Shown here: positions 46,160-56,848 of the stretch, one piece after another | Layout: each line of letters starts with the position of its first letter | Numbering within the stretch: the first letter of the stretch is position 1 | Source: an uncultured Gemmatimonadota bacterium | GTDB taxonomy: Bacteria; SM23-81; DAOVCL01 | DNA length: 64,000 nt | Assembly: GCA_964626665.1 (NCBI GenBank) | Contig: CAZVGK010000001.1 | Coordinates: forward strand, 128,001 to 192,000 | Direction: 5' to 3' | Notes under the pieces: generated by a model | Database searches by the model: none | Seen by the model: the letters and a program-made list of their open reading frames with translations, nothing else | What the model was told of the DNA's origin: nothing | Made by a program: the position numbers and the translations under genes

Positions 46160-46296
46160 TAACAGTTTACCACGGAATCTCACGGAAAAAAGCAATTAAG
46201 AATTGAAAATTAAAAATGAAACTTATGCTGGCCCCTCCTGATCTCTGAAGACTGATCTCTGTTTTTCTGTGCTAGTCCGTGGTCATCCGTGGTGAA
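46160..46296. repeat. Composite intergenic repeat between rplE and rpsN
   Basis: taacagtttaccacggaatctcacgg...aattaagaattgaaaattaaaaatgaa and the inverted arm tctgtgctagtccgtggtcatccgtggtgaa. Confidence 0.8.
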
Positions 46297-46310
46297 ATAT
46301 TCTCTCCTTT

Positions 46311-46850
46311 CTACCTTCTGAGGGGCATACCCATCGCTCCTAAAAGCTCCAAGGCCTCTTCATCCGTTTTGGCCGTGGTGGCAATGGTAATGTCCATTCC
46401 TCTCAGTTTCTCCACCTTATCGTAGTTTATCTCTGGGAAGATGACCTGTTCCTTAATTCCCAAGGTATAATTCCCCCGGCCATCAAAGGATTTTACGGGA
46501 AGCCCCCTAAAATCCCTGATCCGAGGTATGGCTACATTAACCAATCTGTCCCAGAATTCATACATTCTCTCTCCGCGCAGGGTCACCTTGCACCCAATGG
46601 CCATTCCCGCCCTTAGCCGGAAGTTGGAGATGGATTTTTTAGCCCTGGTGATTACCGGCCTCTGCCCGGCAATCATAGTCAGATCATCCACGGCCGCATC
46701 CAGGAGCTTCGGGTTCTGAATGGCATCCCCTACTCCCATATTTATCACTATCTTCTCTAACTTAGGGGTCTGCAAGGGGTTCTTGTAGCCGAACTTCTTG
46801 CTTAAAAGGGGAATTACCTCTTTGTTGTAATATTCCTTTAACCTGGCCAT
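46311..46850 (-). CDS. rplE: 50S ribosomal protein L5
   Basis: [35 protein letters not shown]. Confidence 0.98.
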   Translation of the reverse strand: MARLKEYYNKEVIPLLSKKFGYKNPLQTPKLEKIVINMGVGDAIQNPKLLDAAVDDLTMIAGQRPVITRAKKSISNFRLRAGMAIGCKVTLRGERMYEFWDRLVNVAIPRIRDFRGLPVKSFDGRGNYTLGIKEQVIFPEINYDKVEKLRGMDITIATTAKTDEEALELLGAMGMPLRR

Positions 46851-46851
46851 A

Positions 46852-47163
46852 TTAACCCAAAAGCTCCCCACACCGTTTGCAGTATCTACCCTTGCTTCCA
46901 TCAGGAAGGACCCTGATGCCCATCTTTACCCCGCGGGCACAGTTGTTGCACCAGACCAGCACATTGGAGGCATTAATGGGGCCCTCCTTCGTTAAGATTC
47001 CCCCTTGTTGCCTTGTCTGGGTGGGTTTAGTGTGTCGTTTGACGAAGTTAACCCCTTCCACAATCAAGGCTCCCTTTTTGTGAAAGACCTTGAGAACTTT
47101 GCCGGTTTTTCCCTTATACTCACCCTCAGTGACTACTACTGTGTCTCCTTTTTTGGCCTTCAT
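46852..47163 (-). CDS. rplX: 50S ribosomal protein L24
   Basis: [19 protein letters not shown] motif; VEGVN.VKRH.KP. Confidence 0.97.
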   Translation of the reverse strand: MKAKKGDTVVVTEGEYKGKTGKVLKVFHKKGALIVEGVNFVKRHTKPTQTRQQGGILTKEGPINASNVLVWCNNCARGVKMGIRVLPDGSKGRYCKRCGELLG

Positions 47164-47528
47164 ATAACCTCAGGGGCTAAAGATACGATCTTCATAAACT
47201 CCTTTTCCCGCAACTCCCGGGCTACAGGACCAAAGATCCTGGTTCCCTTGGGCTCCCTCTGATCATCGATCAAGACAGCGGCATTATCGCCAAACCTGAT
47301 GTAAGAGCCATCATCCCTTCTCAGTTCCTTCTTTGTCCTGACCACCACTGCCTTGACCACATCCCCTTTCTTAATCGGACTGCCGGGTAGGGCACTTTTT
47401 ACGGAAACGACTATTATATCGCCAATAGAGCCAAACCTGCGGCGAGAACCCCCTAAAATTCTCAGACATTGGATCGTCCTGGCTCCGGAGTTGTCGGCCA
47501 CATTTAGTTTAGTGTACTCCTGGATCAT
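47160..47528 (-). CDS. rplN: 50S ribosomal protein L14
   Basis: [29 protein letters not shown]. Confidence 0.98.
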   Translation of the reverse strand: MIQEYTKLNVADNSGARTIQCLRILGGSRRRFGSIGDIIVVSVKSALPGSPIKKGDVVKAVVVRTKKELRRDDGSYIRFGDNAAVLIDDQREPKGTRIFGPVARELREKEFMKIVSLAPEVI

Positions 47529-47808
47529 CTCCCTTTGCCTCCAAAATCCTCCCCTTCTGCAGGATCTCCACCACCCGCCACCTTTTCTCCTTGCTCAGTG
47601 GCTTGGTTTCCATAACCTTTACCAGGTCTCCCACCTGGCATAAATTCCCCTCATCATGGGCCTTAAACCTTGAGGTTTTCTTAATTGTCTTGCCATAAAG
47701 GGGATGTTTAAGCAACCTCTCCACAGCCACCACCACGGTCTTATCCATGCCATTCCGCATTACCCGGCCCACCATCGTCTTCCTTCTCCCTCGGTTACTC
47801 CCGGACAT
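47509..47808 (-). CDS. rpsQ: 30S ribosomal protein S17
   Basis: MDKTVVV.VE...HPLYGK...KAHDE, ETKPLSK.KRW. Confidence 0.97.
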   Translation of the reverse strand: MSGSNRGRRKTMVGRVMRNGMDKTVVVAVERLLKHPLYGKTIKKTSRFKAHDEGNLCQVGDLVKVMETKPLSKEKRWRVVEILQKGRILEAKGDDPGVH

Positions 47809-48028
47809 CGCTCTTCTCCTTGCTGGCCAGTGCCCGTATGCCCAAGTGATCCTCTTGCAGGATAGTCCTCACCCGGGCCAGATCCCTTCTGGCCATCCTT
47901 AACCTAAGGGGATTTTCCAGTTTCCCCATAAAATTCTGGATCCTCAGGTTAAAGATCTCCTCCTGTAAGTCCCTCTCCCACTGGAGGACCTCATCCTTGG
48001 TCAGCTCCCGGATCTTCTCTGGTTTCAT
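47795..48028 (-). CDS. rpmC: 50S ribosomal protein L29
   Basis: IFNLR...[17 protein letters not shown]. Confidence 0.95.
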   Translation of the reverse strand: MKPEKIRELTKDEVLQWERDLQEEIFNLRIQNFMGKLENPLRLRMARRDLARVRTILQEDHLGIRALASKEKSDVRE

Positions 48029-48441
48029 AGGACTCCCTCTTGGGTGAGAAGCCTGGTCTTAATGGGCAATTTATAGGCGGCCAATTGCAGGGCCTCCTTG
48101 GCCAGATCCTTAGGGACACCTCCCAACTCAAAGAGAATCCTCCCCGGCTTGACCACTGCCACCCAGTATTCCGGTGAGCCCTTTCCTTTGCCCATTCTGG
48201 TTTCCGCGGGTTTGACAGTAACGGGTTTATCAGGGAAGATCCTAGTCCAGACTTTTCCCCCTCTTTTCACCTTTCTGGTCATCGCCACCCTGGCTGCCTC
48301 TATCTGCCGATTGGTTATCCAGGCCGGTTCCAGGGCCTGAATGGCGTATTCGCCGAAGTTTATCTCTGAGCCCCGATAGGACTTGCCCTTCATCCGGCCC
48401 CTCTGTTGTTTTCTAAATTTTACCCTTTTGGGCATTAACAT
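48025..48441 (-). CDS. rplP: 50S ribosomal protein L16
   Basis: [31 protein letters not shown]. Confidence 0.98.
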   Translation of the reverse strand: MLMPKRVKFRKQQRGRMKGKSYRGSEINFGEYAIQALEPAWITNRQIEAARVAMTRKVKRGGKVWTRIFPDKPVTVKPAETRMGKGKGSPEYWVAVVKPGRILFELGGVPKDLAKEALQLAAYKLPIKTRLLTQEGVL

Positions 48442-48468
48442 CCTATTGCCTCCTGACCAACCTCTCCT

Positions 48469-49119
48469 CTATAAAGCGGGTACGGCTCCCTTTTCAGGTA
48501 AGATCTCCCCTTTGTAAATCCAGATCTTGACCCCTATGCAACCATAGGTTGTATGAGCAGTGGCTTCACCGTAGTCAATGTCTGCCCTCAAGGTATGCAA
48601 AGGGACCCTCCCCTCCTTGTACTCCTCCTTGCGGGACATCTCTGCCCCCCCTATGCGCCCCTTGCAGGCTATCCTAAATCCGGCTGCTCCCATTCTCATT
48701 GCCGAAGTCACGGCCTTTTTCATCGCTCGGCGGAAGAACACCCTTCCCTCTAATTGGCGGGCTATGTTCTCGGAGACTAGCTGGGCGTCCAGCTCCGGTC
48801 GTTTGATCTCCAGTATATTGAGCATCATTTCCCTTTTCACTAGGTGTTGGAGCTCCCCCTTCAATTTCTCTACCTCCACCCCCTTACGGCCAATGACTAC
48901 TCCCGGACGGGCGGTGTGCAGGTTTATGGTAACCTTTTTTGGGGTGCGGGTAATCTCCACTGAGGAAACCTCAGCATTTTTTAGTCGTCGTTTGATGTAG
49001 GCCCTGATCATTAAGTCCTCTTGTAAAAGCTGCGGGAAATCCCTCTTGGCGAACCAATTCGACTGCCAGCTTTTAATAACTTTCAACCTGAATCCTATGG
49101 GGTGAGTCTTCTGTCCCAA
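48469..49119 (-). CDS. rpsC: 30S ribosomal protein S3
   Basis: [37 protein letters not shown]. Confidence 0.98.
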   Translation of the reverse strand: MGQKTHPIGFRLKVIKSWQSNWFAKRDFPQLLQEDLMIRAYIKRRLKNAEVSSVEITRTPKKVTINLHTARPGVVIGRKGVEVEKLKGELQHLVKREMMLNILEIKRPELDAQLVSENIARQLEGRVFFRRAMKKAVTSAMRMGAAGFRIACKGRIGGAEMSRKEEYKEGRVPLHTLRADIDYGEATAHTTYGCIGVKIWIYKGEILPEKGAVPAL

Positions 49120-49204
49120 ATAAGTCCTCCTTTAAGTTAACCGTAATGTAAAAATGTTGGTTTACAGGATCTTTGTTTGTCTTGTCTATAAAAAAGGTGT
49201 TTAG

Positions 49205-49552
49205 CTAATCCCTGGTATCAGAGACCACTACGGTGATGTGGCTTGTCCTTCTCCTTATCCGCACTACCCTGCCCATTGTCTGGGGGCGAAACCTCTTCAT
49301 AGTTGGTCCCTCATCGGCCGTTGCCTTCTTAATAAACAGATCCTCAACGCTCAACTTTGAACTGCCCTCTATGTTGATGGCATTGGCTACAGCGGACTTT
49401 ATCACCTTCTCCAAAAACCTGGAGGGCCGTTTTGGGGTAAACTGCAATATCTGGAGGGCGGAATTCACATCCTTCCCCCTGACCAGGTTTGTATACCTGC
49501 GGAGTTTATGGGGGGAAATTCTCTGATATTTTGCTACTGCAGTTGCTTCCAT
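49205..49552 (-). CDS. rplV: 50S ribosomal protein L22
   Basis: RISP.K.R, KSAVANA, DEGPTMKRF.P..MGR...IRRRTSHITV. Confidence 0.97.
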   Translation of the reverse strand: MEATAVAKYQRISPHKLRRYTNLVRGKDVNSALQILQFTPKRPSRFLEKVIKSAVANAINIEGSSKLSVEDLFIKKATADEGPTMKRFRPQTMGRVVRIRRRTSHITVVVSDTRD

Positions 49553-49839
49553 CACCTTGGTGCCGTCGATCGTTCCGTTATCCTCCCACTGTGTCCCCGG
49601 AAGATTCGAGTGGGAGCGAACTCACCTAACTTGTGGCCCACCAAATTCTCGGAGATGTATACCGGCATAAATTTGTTGCCGTTGTGGATGGCTAAGGTGT
49701 GGCCGACGAAATCTGGGGTTATTGTTGAGCGTCGCGACCAGGTTTTGATTACCTTCTTCTGCCCGGTCTCATTGAGAAGTTTGATCTTCTTTAAGAGTTT
49801 AGCGTCAACATAGGGGCCCTTTTTCACCGATCTGGGCAT
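49552..49839 (-). CDS. rpsS: 30S ribosomal protein S19
   Basis: [30 protein letters not shown]. Confidence 0.98.
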   Translation of the reverse strand: MPRSVKKGPYVDAKLLKKIKLLNETGQKKVIKTWSRRSTITPDFVGHTLAIHNGNKFMPVYISENLVGHKLGEFAPTRIFRGHSGRITERSTAPR

Positions 49840-49841
49840 TT

Positions 49842-50663
49842 TTAACCTCTCCTTCTGACTATGAGCTTATCCGAGGCCTTCTTCTTCCTTGTTTTATATC
49901 CCTTAGTGGCCACTCCCCAGGGGGTGGTGGGATGCCTTCCTCCCGAGCTTTTCCCCTCACCTCCACCCATAGGGTGGTCAACGGGGTTCATGGCAACACC
50001 TCTGACTTTTGGGCGACGGCCCAGCCAACGGGTCTTTCCTGCCGTGCCAAAGGAGATCTTTTCGTGGTCTGGATTGCCTACCGTCCCAATGGTGGCTCCA
50101 CATTGAGAGGGAAAGTTCCTTACTTCCCCGGAGGGAAGCCGCAACTGCACCCGTCTCCCTTCCTTGGCGACCACCTGGGCCCCCGCGCCTGCCCCCCGGA
50201 CAATTTGCCCTCCCTTCCCTGGTTTGAGCTCCACATTGTGCACTATGGTGCCTAGGGGAACTCTTATTAGGGGAAGAAAATTGCCCACTCTGATCTCGGC
50301 CTGGGGTCCGGAGCTGATGCTGTCTCCTGGCTTGAGCCCTAGGGGGGCAATTATGTATCTCTTCTCCCCGTCCGCATAATTGAGCAAGGCTATCCTTGCC
50401 GAGCGGTTGGGATCATACTCAATGGAGGCCACCTTGGCTGGGATACCGAACTTGTCCCTTCTGAAGTCGATGATCCGATAGCGCCTCTTGTGCCCTCCCC
50501 CGCGATGTCGCATGGTTATCCTTCCCCTGTTGTTCCTCCCTCCCTTTTTCTTCAGGGGACGGAGAAGCGGCTTCTCCGGTTGGGTCCTGGTCAACTCCTC
50601 AAATGTGGGGGAGGTCTTAAACCTCATCCCTGAGGTGATTGGATTTAGCTTCTTAATGGCCAT
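49842..50663 (-). CDS. rplB: 50S ribosomal protein L2
   Basis: [44 protein letters not shown]. Confidence 0.98.
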   Translation of the reverse strand: MAIKKLNPITSGMRFKTSPTFEELTRTQPEKPLLRPLKKKGGRNNRGRITMRHRGGGHKRRYRIIDFRRDKFGIPAKVASIEYDPNRSARIALLNYADGEKRYIIAPLGLKPGDSISSGPQAEIRVGNFLPLIRVPLGTIVHNVELKPGKGGQIVRGAGAGAQVVAKEGRRVQLRLPSGEVRNFPSQCGATIGTVGNPDHEKISFGTAGKTRWLGRRPKVRGVAMNPVDHPMGGGEGKSSGGRHPTTPWGVATKGYKTRKKKASDKLIVRRRG

Positions 50664-50699
50664 AACTTCTTTCTCAATTTAAGCGTTTCGCTAAAGCCT

Positions 50700-50920
50700 T
50701 AAACACGAATTCCACAAATATACAAATAGCACGAACTACAATTCTTGTAAATTCCCAGGGGATCTGTTTTTAGGGATCCTCACTCTTAATTCACATTTCT
50801 GTTTTTCTCTGAGGGATCCCACTAATCAGCAGTCAGCTCCCCCCAATTTCCAATTTTCGCCCTTACGAGTATCGACTCTTCTATTCATGTAGATTCGTTT
50901 ATTCGTGTCATTTGTGTTCT
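50700..50920. repeat. Inverted (aacacgaat / attcgtgt) repeat pair enclosing one copy of a 40-bp direct repeat
   Basis: taaacacgaattccacaaat...gcacgaa versus attcgtttattcgtgtcatttgtgttcta; 50761-50800 matches 57018-57057 at 34/40. Confidence 0.65.
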
Positions 50921-50938
50921 AAAGCTTCTACTTTGGCC

Positions 50939-53900
50939 TTATTTGAGTAACACCATTTTTCTGGTAAGCGAGAAATCTCCTGCTTGAAAACGGCAAAAAT
51001 AGATACCACTTGTCACCTCTTTTCCACTCCGATCCTTGCCATCCCAGTAAGTTTTGTAATACCCACTTGACTTATCCTCATCCACCAGAGTTTTCACTAA
51101 TTGCCCTTTTATATTATAGATCTTGAGGGTCACATAGGTGTTTCCCGCGAGTCCGTAATTGATCTCCGTGATTAGGTTAAAAGGATTAGGGTAGTTCTGG
51201 GAGAGGGTAAACACAGATGGCACTGGAGATTCGTTGCACGAGGGTACGGACTTTTTATCCTCTCGAACATAATGGCCGGTGGTGACCAGGACGAAATCCC
51301 TCTCATAATCACTCAACTGCTTGGGGGCAGAAAAGGCCAGCCTCACCTCTTGCCCAGGAATCAACTCGGCATAGACTCCATCTGGCTGCAAAAGGGACTT
51401 CAGGACAGAACCATTTGCTGAGTGAAGGGCCTTAGCCAGTGGACAACTCCGAATCTTTAAGGACACATCTTCAGCCCCAACCAGCCCAATAAAATCTAAA
51501 TCATAAGGTATCTGCCAAAGGAGACGCACCTCTACCTCTCTCCCCTCAGATACTCTCCATGGCAACTCTACCAACTCCGTATACTTGTTCTCCCTATAAC
51601 TGATTCCCAATACTGTCTGAGATTTGGGGAAATCATCTCCAATAATCAACATAGGTTCCGCTTTGGGACGCCTTTTGCTCTGGTCTTTAGCAACCGTTCC
51701 ACCTATGACCAAGGCCACTTTCCTAATCCCTTTAACCTGGCCGAAATTAACCGTGAGCTCATCCCCTCCTCTCCCCCTGAAAACCAGACCATCCGCCGCT
51801 GAAACATATTTTGAGAATTCTCCACCCAAAGAATCAACAGCAGATATTGGGCCAGTCAGCTTCTTGTAACCCAATATCTTTCCCGATGTGCTAACTGCAA
51901 CCTTAACTTCAGATGGATGCTCCACCGCCATAAGCTGTAGCTGATCGATCCAGGAGTGTTCATTTTCAAATTCGCGAAGCTCAAGATAGTAGTTTCCGTC
52001 TTCAGGGACAAGGGGTTGTTGAAGCTGGTAGTAATCGCTTATGTCCTTACCCTCATTCTCCAGCAGTTCAGCAAGAGGTAGAAGGTTATTGTCCTCTACA
52101 CTCTTCTCTCCATCCCAGGTAAACACATAGGGACAACCATTGTAGGGCGAATGATGATGATAAAAAGCTCCCATATCTGCCCTTGTCCCATCAGGATCCT
52201 TTGGACTAAGGGGATAACCTGTATCTATGCAAGGTGAACCCGCTTGTAGGTGATAATCACCATTGGCAGAATTTAAGAACATTGGATCAGCAGATATATC
52301 TTCTCTACCTACTGCACAACCCTGGTAGTTAACGCCATTACCCCATAGGTCATTGTAAGATATGTTTGGGAAAAGATCAACATCACTATAAATACCATAA
52401 TCGCTATTACTGGTGATTATGGTATTTGTAATAGTCAGATAGCAGTTATCAATGCATCGAATACCCGTGTTATTACCAGGGATCGTGTTGTTGATAATAT
52501 TTGGACAGCATTGTAGTGTGCATTGAACAGCAATATTATTATTAGTGAGCAAATTCCTCTCAATATCGGGGGAGGCAGAAAACATACAACCTATCCCAAA
52601 ATGTGACATATCGGTAATGGTATTACTACGGATTTTGCAGAGATGAGATGATGACCCCCAGCAGAGGATACCATAGGTATCATCACCGTTGCCAAGGATT
52701 GAGTTGTTACTAATAGTTAGATAGTTAGAAGTAGGTGAGCAGGCTAATCCCTCGTTTTCAACAGTAATCTTATTGTGGGAAATCTCCCCCCACCCATTAG
52801 CGACAACAGCATATTGACAGTGACTTATCTCGCTGTTGCTTATGGTGGCAAATGAATTGAACCAGACCCCTTGATAGGCGTCTTTTATGGCGCAAAAATT
52901 TAAAGTTAAATTACCACCATCGCCAATATGGGTGGATATCCCTCCCCAATCTGAGATAGAAGGGGCCGAAGTATTTGATGAACAAAAGGTAATTTCGTAG
53001 TCATCTACCCCGATAGCCCTTAATGCCCCATCCACCAAAAGCTCACATTTATCTGGATAAAGCCCTATATTTTGGACATCACTATTTGCCGAGAAGTAAA
53101 CAGTAACCCCAGGGTCTATAGTGAGGAGGGCTCCATCATCCACAGTTACATCGCCATATACATAGATGTCCCCTGACCAGGTGGTGTTTTCAGTAATATG
53201 TCCATGAACTCCACATGCAAGTTCGGTTTCATAAGGTATGTTGTTGTGTTTAGTAACTGTAACCTTCAACTCATCATAGGTGGAAAAAGAGGTGTTGAAG
53301 GTCGCCTCTCCGTTAGCATCGGTATATTGGATTTCGTGATAGTCCTCACTCTCTTTCCATAGACATACCAAGGCATCCGGAACACCAGCATTGATAGTAA
53401 TACTGCTGGGGCCGATCTGATAGAAGCAGGGATGGGAGACGGCAAGAGGTTGAGGCACCCCTGTCCAGATCCGCAGGGCCGGATCCCCAAGGACATGGAA
53501 ATCCTCGAACTCAACCCTGGTTACCTCGGGGGTAGGTGCCCATTTTGAAGGATATCCTGCCCCACCTGTGAGGACATATTTGTCGAACATCCAGAACTTG
53601 CCGTAGTTCAGGATCGCACCCAACCGGTCTGTCGGGCTACCGATCTGTGTGCCGCAGTACCCGGGGTCGAAGTCGTCCCAGATGGCGTCGTAGAACCCCT
53701 TGCAAAGCTCATCGTTATACCCGCTGTAGCTGATCCTGGTCGAGCCGATGAAGCCCACAACCCCCTTCCCCTGGGCCTTCAACAGTGCCTCTCCCAGGCA
53801 ATCCGTGATCAGATAATCGGGGGAGTCCAGATCGGTCTCCCCATCGAACCATCCGGTCCGGCAATTAATGCTGAACATCACCGGGAGCTTATCACCGTTA

Positions 53901-55384
53901 CCCAGGCTGGGAATATCCTCGGTGACGAACCACGGCTTATTCCAACCATTGTAGCCACCAGATGGGGCATTATAGGAGTCTCCGTGATCCCGATGATTGA
54001 CTAAGAAACATCCCTGGTTGATCGCATCGATCACGTCCTGGGTGGTGCCATCGAAGGTCAGATGCCCCGGGATGGGATCTCCATTGTGGTAGTACTGAGG
54101 GGTTGACCCTATTGAGCAGGTGTAAACCCTCTGACGGTCATACCCCTCGCCCTCTAAGAAATCCTGGACCACCTCAGAGGTGTAAATGAAAAACCTGTCC
54201 TCCCGGCCATCAGGTTTGAAGTCCTCGAAATGGCCCGCCAACAGAACCCGGTTGAACCACTCCGAGCTTGTTGTATACGGATCCCGCTCATACCCCAGGA
54301 TCTTGTCCACGACTATCCCGATATCCGACTCATCCACCGGCAACCTCCCCACCAGGATATCGGGGAAATCGACCAACTGAGTGTCAGGTGGGTCGTTCTC
54401 TGTATCGACTGTGGCGTAGTAGAGATCAGTCCCGACCTTTTCGTCTCCAAATGGATGAGGATACTTGTAATGGACTGGTAGAAGATCTGCATCGCCGACC
54501 AGAAGGAGAAAAGATGGGGCCGGATCCCAGGTGTCATAGGCAACCTGGACATAATCGGCGATCTGGTCAGCCGTGGGATCACCCCCTAACTCCGAGAGCT
54601 TGACGACTCTGGTCTTGAGTCCTGTCCGCTGCCTCCATTCAGCTAAAGGCAGGATCTCATCGTAAAGGTCGTCATGCACCATGATCAGGTAGTCCGCCCC
54701 GTCGCCACCCTTCCCCTTCCCCCCACCCACTGGTTCGTAGTTGAGGGCCAGCCTGTTGAGCATAGACCGAAAATGGGGGGAATCCTTGGGGCTGGCCACG
54801 GATCCGGCACCACTCACGCTCACCCTGAGCTCGGGATAGACCCTCAACTGCCCGGTAACAGGATTGTGCTGCACCGGGTAGAGGATGACCAGGACAAGCC
54901 TATGACCCCGAAGTACCCTGGGAAAGCTGAGGGCGACTATGTTCTTCGGGTAAAAGCCGTCCTCGGAATATAGGGAGTCATCCCTGACGAACTCGGTCGT
55001 GTCGTCCCACTCGATCCGTGGCTCCTGGGCCGGATAGACCAGATACCCATCCAGGATCTGACTGGTCGAGTCGATGATGGTGACCGTGGGCTCGACCCCG
55101 GGCTCGATCTCCATCAGTATGGCCACGGTGGGGAGCTCTGGCCGGCCGATCTCGGCGATATGCCCGCCGCCGGAAAACCTCAGCAGTTGATAGGTATCCC
55201 CCTCGGCCTCCATGTCGTGGCTGATCAGACCATATGTCTCCAGCTCGATGATTTCCGAGCCAGAAAGGGTAATCTGCGGCCTGGTCGGAGTGGTCGCATC
55301 CCCAAAGGAGACCCACATTCCGTAACCAGCGCTGGGGACAAATCCCAGCAAGGCCACCACTATAAGAAAACGAATCGCCTTCAT
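50939..55384 (-). CDS. Peptidase C25 (gingipain-like) multidomain secreted protein with beta-helix region and T9SS/FlgD-Ig CTD
   Basis: Signal peptide; propeptide (G.PELP, YPAQ, YP...V); DYLI.VH, LLLVGD, GRLP, catalytic NHRDHG and SINCRTGWFD, LGDPAL; parallel beta-helix repeats; DYHLQAGSPCIDTG; QNYPNPFN...RKMVLLK. Confidence 0.88.
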   Translation of the reverse strand: MKAIRFLIVVALLGFVPSAGYGMWVSFGDATTPTRPQITLSGSEIIELETYGLISHDMEAEGDTYQLLRFSGGGHIAEIGRPELPTVAILMEIEPGVEPTVTIIDSTSQILDGYLVYPAQEPRIEWDDTTEFVRDDSLYSEDGFYPKNIVALSFPRVLRGHRLVLVILYPVQHNPVTGQLRVYPELRVSVSGAGSVASPKDSPHFRSMLNRLALNYEPVGGGKGKGGDGADYLIMVHDDLYDEILPLAEWRQRTGLKTRVVKLSELGGDPTADQIADYVQVAYDTWDPAPSFLLLVGDADLLPVHYKYPHPFGDEKVGTDLYYATVDTENDPPDTQLVDFPDILVGRLPVDESDIGIVVDKILGYERDPYTTSSEWFNRVLLAGHFEDFKPDGREDRFFIYTSEVVQDFLEGEGYDRQRVYTCSIGSTPQYYHNGDPIPGHLTFDGTTQDVIDAINQGCFLVNHRDHGDSYNAPSGGYNGWNKPWFVTEDIPSLGNGDKLPVMFSINCRTGWFDGETDLDSPDYLITDCLGEALLKAQGKGVVGFIGSTRISYSGYNDELCKGFYDAIWDDFDPGYCGTQIGSPTDRLGAILNYGKFWMFDKYVLTGGAGYPSKWAPTPEVTRVEFEDFHVLGDPALRIWTGVPQPLAVSHPCFYQIGPSSITINAGVPDALVCLWKESEDYHEIQYTDANGEATFNTSFSTYDELKVTVTKHNNIPYETELACGVHGHITENTTWSGDIYVYGDVTVDDGALLTIDPGVTVYFSANSDVQNIGLYPDKCELLVDGALRAIGVDDYEITFCSSNTSAPSISDWGGISTHIGDGGNLTLNFCAIKDAYQGVWFNSFATISNSEISHCQYAVVANGWGEISHNKITVENEGLACSPTSNYLTISNNSILGNGDDTYGILCWGSSSHLCKIRSNTITDMSHFGIGCMFSASPDIERNLLTNNNIAVQCTLQCCPNIINNTIPGNNTGIRCIDNCYLTITNTIITSNSDYGIYSDVDLFPNISYNDLWGNGVNYQGCAVGREDISADPMFLNSANGDYHLQAGSPCIDTGYPLSPKDPDGTRADMGAFYHHHSPYNGCPYVFTWDGEKSVEDNNLLPLAELLENEGKDISDYYQLQQPLVPEDGNYYLELREFENEHSWIDQLQLMAVEHPSEVKVAVSTSGKILGYKKLTGPISAVDSLGGEFSKYVSAADGLVFRGRGGDELTVNFGQVKGIRKVALVIGGTVAKDQSKRRPKAEPMLIIGDDFPKSQTVLGISYRENKYTELVELPWRVSEGREVEVRLLWQIPYDLDFIGLVGAEDVSLKIRSCPLAKALHSANGSVLKSLLQPDGVYAELIPGQEVRLAFSAPKQLSDYERDFVLVTTGHYVREDKKSVPSCNESPVPSVFTLSQNYPNPFNLITEINYGLAGNTYVTLKIYNIKGQLVKTLVDEDKSSGYYKTYWDGKDRSGKEVTSGIYFCRFQAGDFSLTRKMVLLK

Positions 55385-55401
55385 CCTAACCTCCTTGACT
55401 T

Positions 55402-56604
55402 TTATCTCACCAACATCAACTTCCTCACATTGGTGAGGGCTCTCCCTCTTCTGTTCTCAGCCCGCAACAGGCAAAGATATATCCCACTTGGTACTTCCTT
55501 CCCTCCCCCATCCCTCCCATCCCAGATCACCCGATGCTCTCCAGGTGGCTGTGGGCCATCCACCAGTGTCCGCACCACCTGTCCCAAGATGTTGTAGACC
55601 CTCAAGGTGGTTGGAACTGACCACTGACCACTGACCACTGGGGAAGGGAGGTGGTAGGGGATGACGGTACCCGAATTGAACGGGTTCGGATAGTTCTGGC
55701 CCAGGGCGAAAAACCCTGGAACGATGGCCTTATCCTCAGATGGAACCCAATTGTGTGGCCTTGACCTGGGGTTTCTGACCCCATCGACCTCCCCAAATTG
55801 AGGACCTGTCGGCTCCGTGGAGGTGGTGGTGCAATCACCGTCGCCGATCGTGTCCACAGGAAAGCCAAGGGTGGTGTCGATATTCCCCTCACACTGCAGG
55901 TAGTTGCCGTCCAGGAAGCCCCCTCCCATGATGGTGTGGGATCCAAAGTTCCAACCGATGGTGAATATAATGTCGTTCTCCAACAACAAAGGATTGCTCG
56001 GTTCCAACCCAAAGAGCGCTCCTCCTCCTCCCGACCTCAAAAAGCAATATTCGATCACTGGAAAGGAAGAACTGTCACAGGCGACCAAAAACCCCCCCGT
56101 CTCAACCTGACTGCTCGTCCACATCAGCTTGCAGTGGGAGATGGTGGGAGAGGCGTTAGATATCTGGATCATTATACCCTCGGCACTGCTGGTGTGCTCC
56201 ACCACACAGTACCTAAGAATGCACTCCGAATCCACACAGGTATCGTTAAATTTTATCCCCCCCCAGGCAGTCCAAGGCCACTCTTCACCATCGTCGGTGA
56301 AGCTAATCATCACATCTGGCTTCCCGCAGGCCTCTAAGGCCCCGTTGATGGTCAACCCAATAGCCTCCTCGAACTTCAACACCATCCCCGGATCTATGAC
56401 CAGCTTGTCGTTGGCCGAGATGGTTAGGTTCCCACTTATCAGATAATACCCCTCATCCCGCCAGGTGACATCATCGGTAAGCTCGTCCACCATCTGCATG
56501 GTGTAAACCGTCCCATCCCCAGGGGAAACCCAATCGGCCCAGGCCAAAAGGGGGAAACACCAGATGATGCTGATAAAGACGATTAAACTCCTCCATTCTC
56601 TCAT
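55402..56604 (-). CDS. Secreted protein with pectin-lyase-like beta-helix and T9SS/FlgD-Ig CTD
   Basis: Signal peptide; L.IDPG..LKF....L.INGAL.A.G....I.F...WGGI.F motif; QNYPNPFN...WDGRD...VPSGIY...RKLMLVR; ATG at 56604 with SD GGAGGTG. Confidence 0.8.
   Translation of the reverse strand: MREWRSLIVFISIIWCFPLLAWADWVSPGDGTVYTMQMVDELTDDVTWRDEGYYLISGNLTISANDKLVIDPGMVLKFEEAIGLTINGALEACGKPDVMISFTDDGEEWPWTAWGGIKFNDTCVDSECILRYCVVEHTSSAEGIMIQISNASPTISHCKLMWTSSQVETGGFLVACDSSSFPVIEYCFLRSGGGGALFGLEPSNPLLLENDIIFTIGWNFGSHTIMGGGFLDGNYLQCEGNIDTTLGFPVDTIGDGDCTTTSTEPTGPQFGEVDGVRNPRSRPHNWVPSEDKAIVPGFFALGQNYPNPFNSGTVIPYHLPSPVVSGQWSVPTTLRVYNILGQVVRTLVDGPQPPGEHRVIWDGRDGGGKEVPSGIYLCLLRAENRRGRALTNVRKLMLVR
55616..55640. 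repeat. Heptamer tandem repeat (actgacc) x3.5 inside CTD coding sequence
   Basis: Encodes PVVSGQWSV. Confidence 0.8.
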
Positions 56605-56620
56605 CCTCACCTCCAATTCC

Positions 56621-56673
56621 TTACCTCACCAATATCAACTTCCTCACGTTGGTGAGAGCTCTTCCTCTTCTGT
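56621..56673 (-). pseudogene. Orphan 3' end of a paralogous T9SS-CTD gene
   Basis: 48/53 identical to 55402-55454; encodes RRGRALTNVRKLILVR*; no start codon or upstream ORF. Confidence 0.75.
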
Positions 56674-56689
56674 AATATAGGGACACTTC

Positions 56690-56832
56690 CCAATAATTGT
56701 TAAGTCCTCAAGCACTATCGTCCCCTCTGTCTCCCTCGCTTATCTTTTCACCTTTGTACCAAATCTCTATAAGCCTTTGTCTTTCGTATTTTCGATCTCT
56801 GAATTCTTTTTGCCCACTCCTGTAGATTCTTT
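56690..56832 (-). pseudogene. GxxExxY-family protein remnant
   Basis: Translates RIY....KEFRDRKYERQRLIEIWYKGEKISE, then after a frameshift IVLEDLTII; resembles the YERQK.I.V.YKG..IG...D.IVE..II segment of GxxExxY proteins. Confidence 0.5.
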
Positions 56833-56848
56833 TATCCGCGTCACCTGT

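Noticed and set aside
14878-46296. Possible CRISPR array among the repeats
   Set aside because: Repeats are dispersed and degenerate, lack regular unique spacers, and no cas genes are seen.
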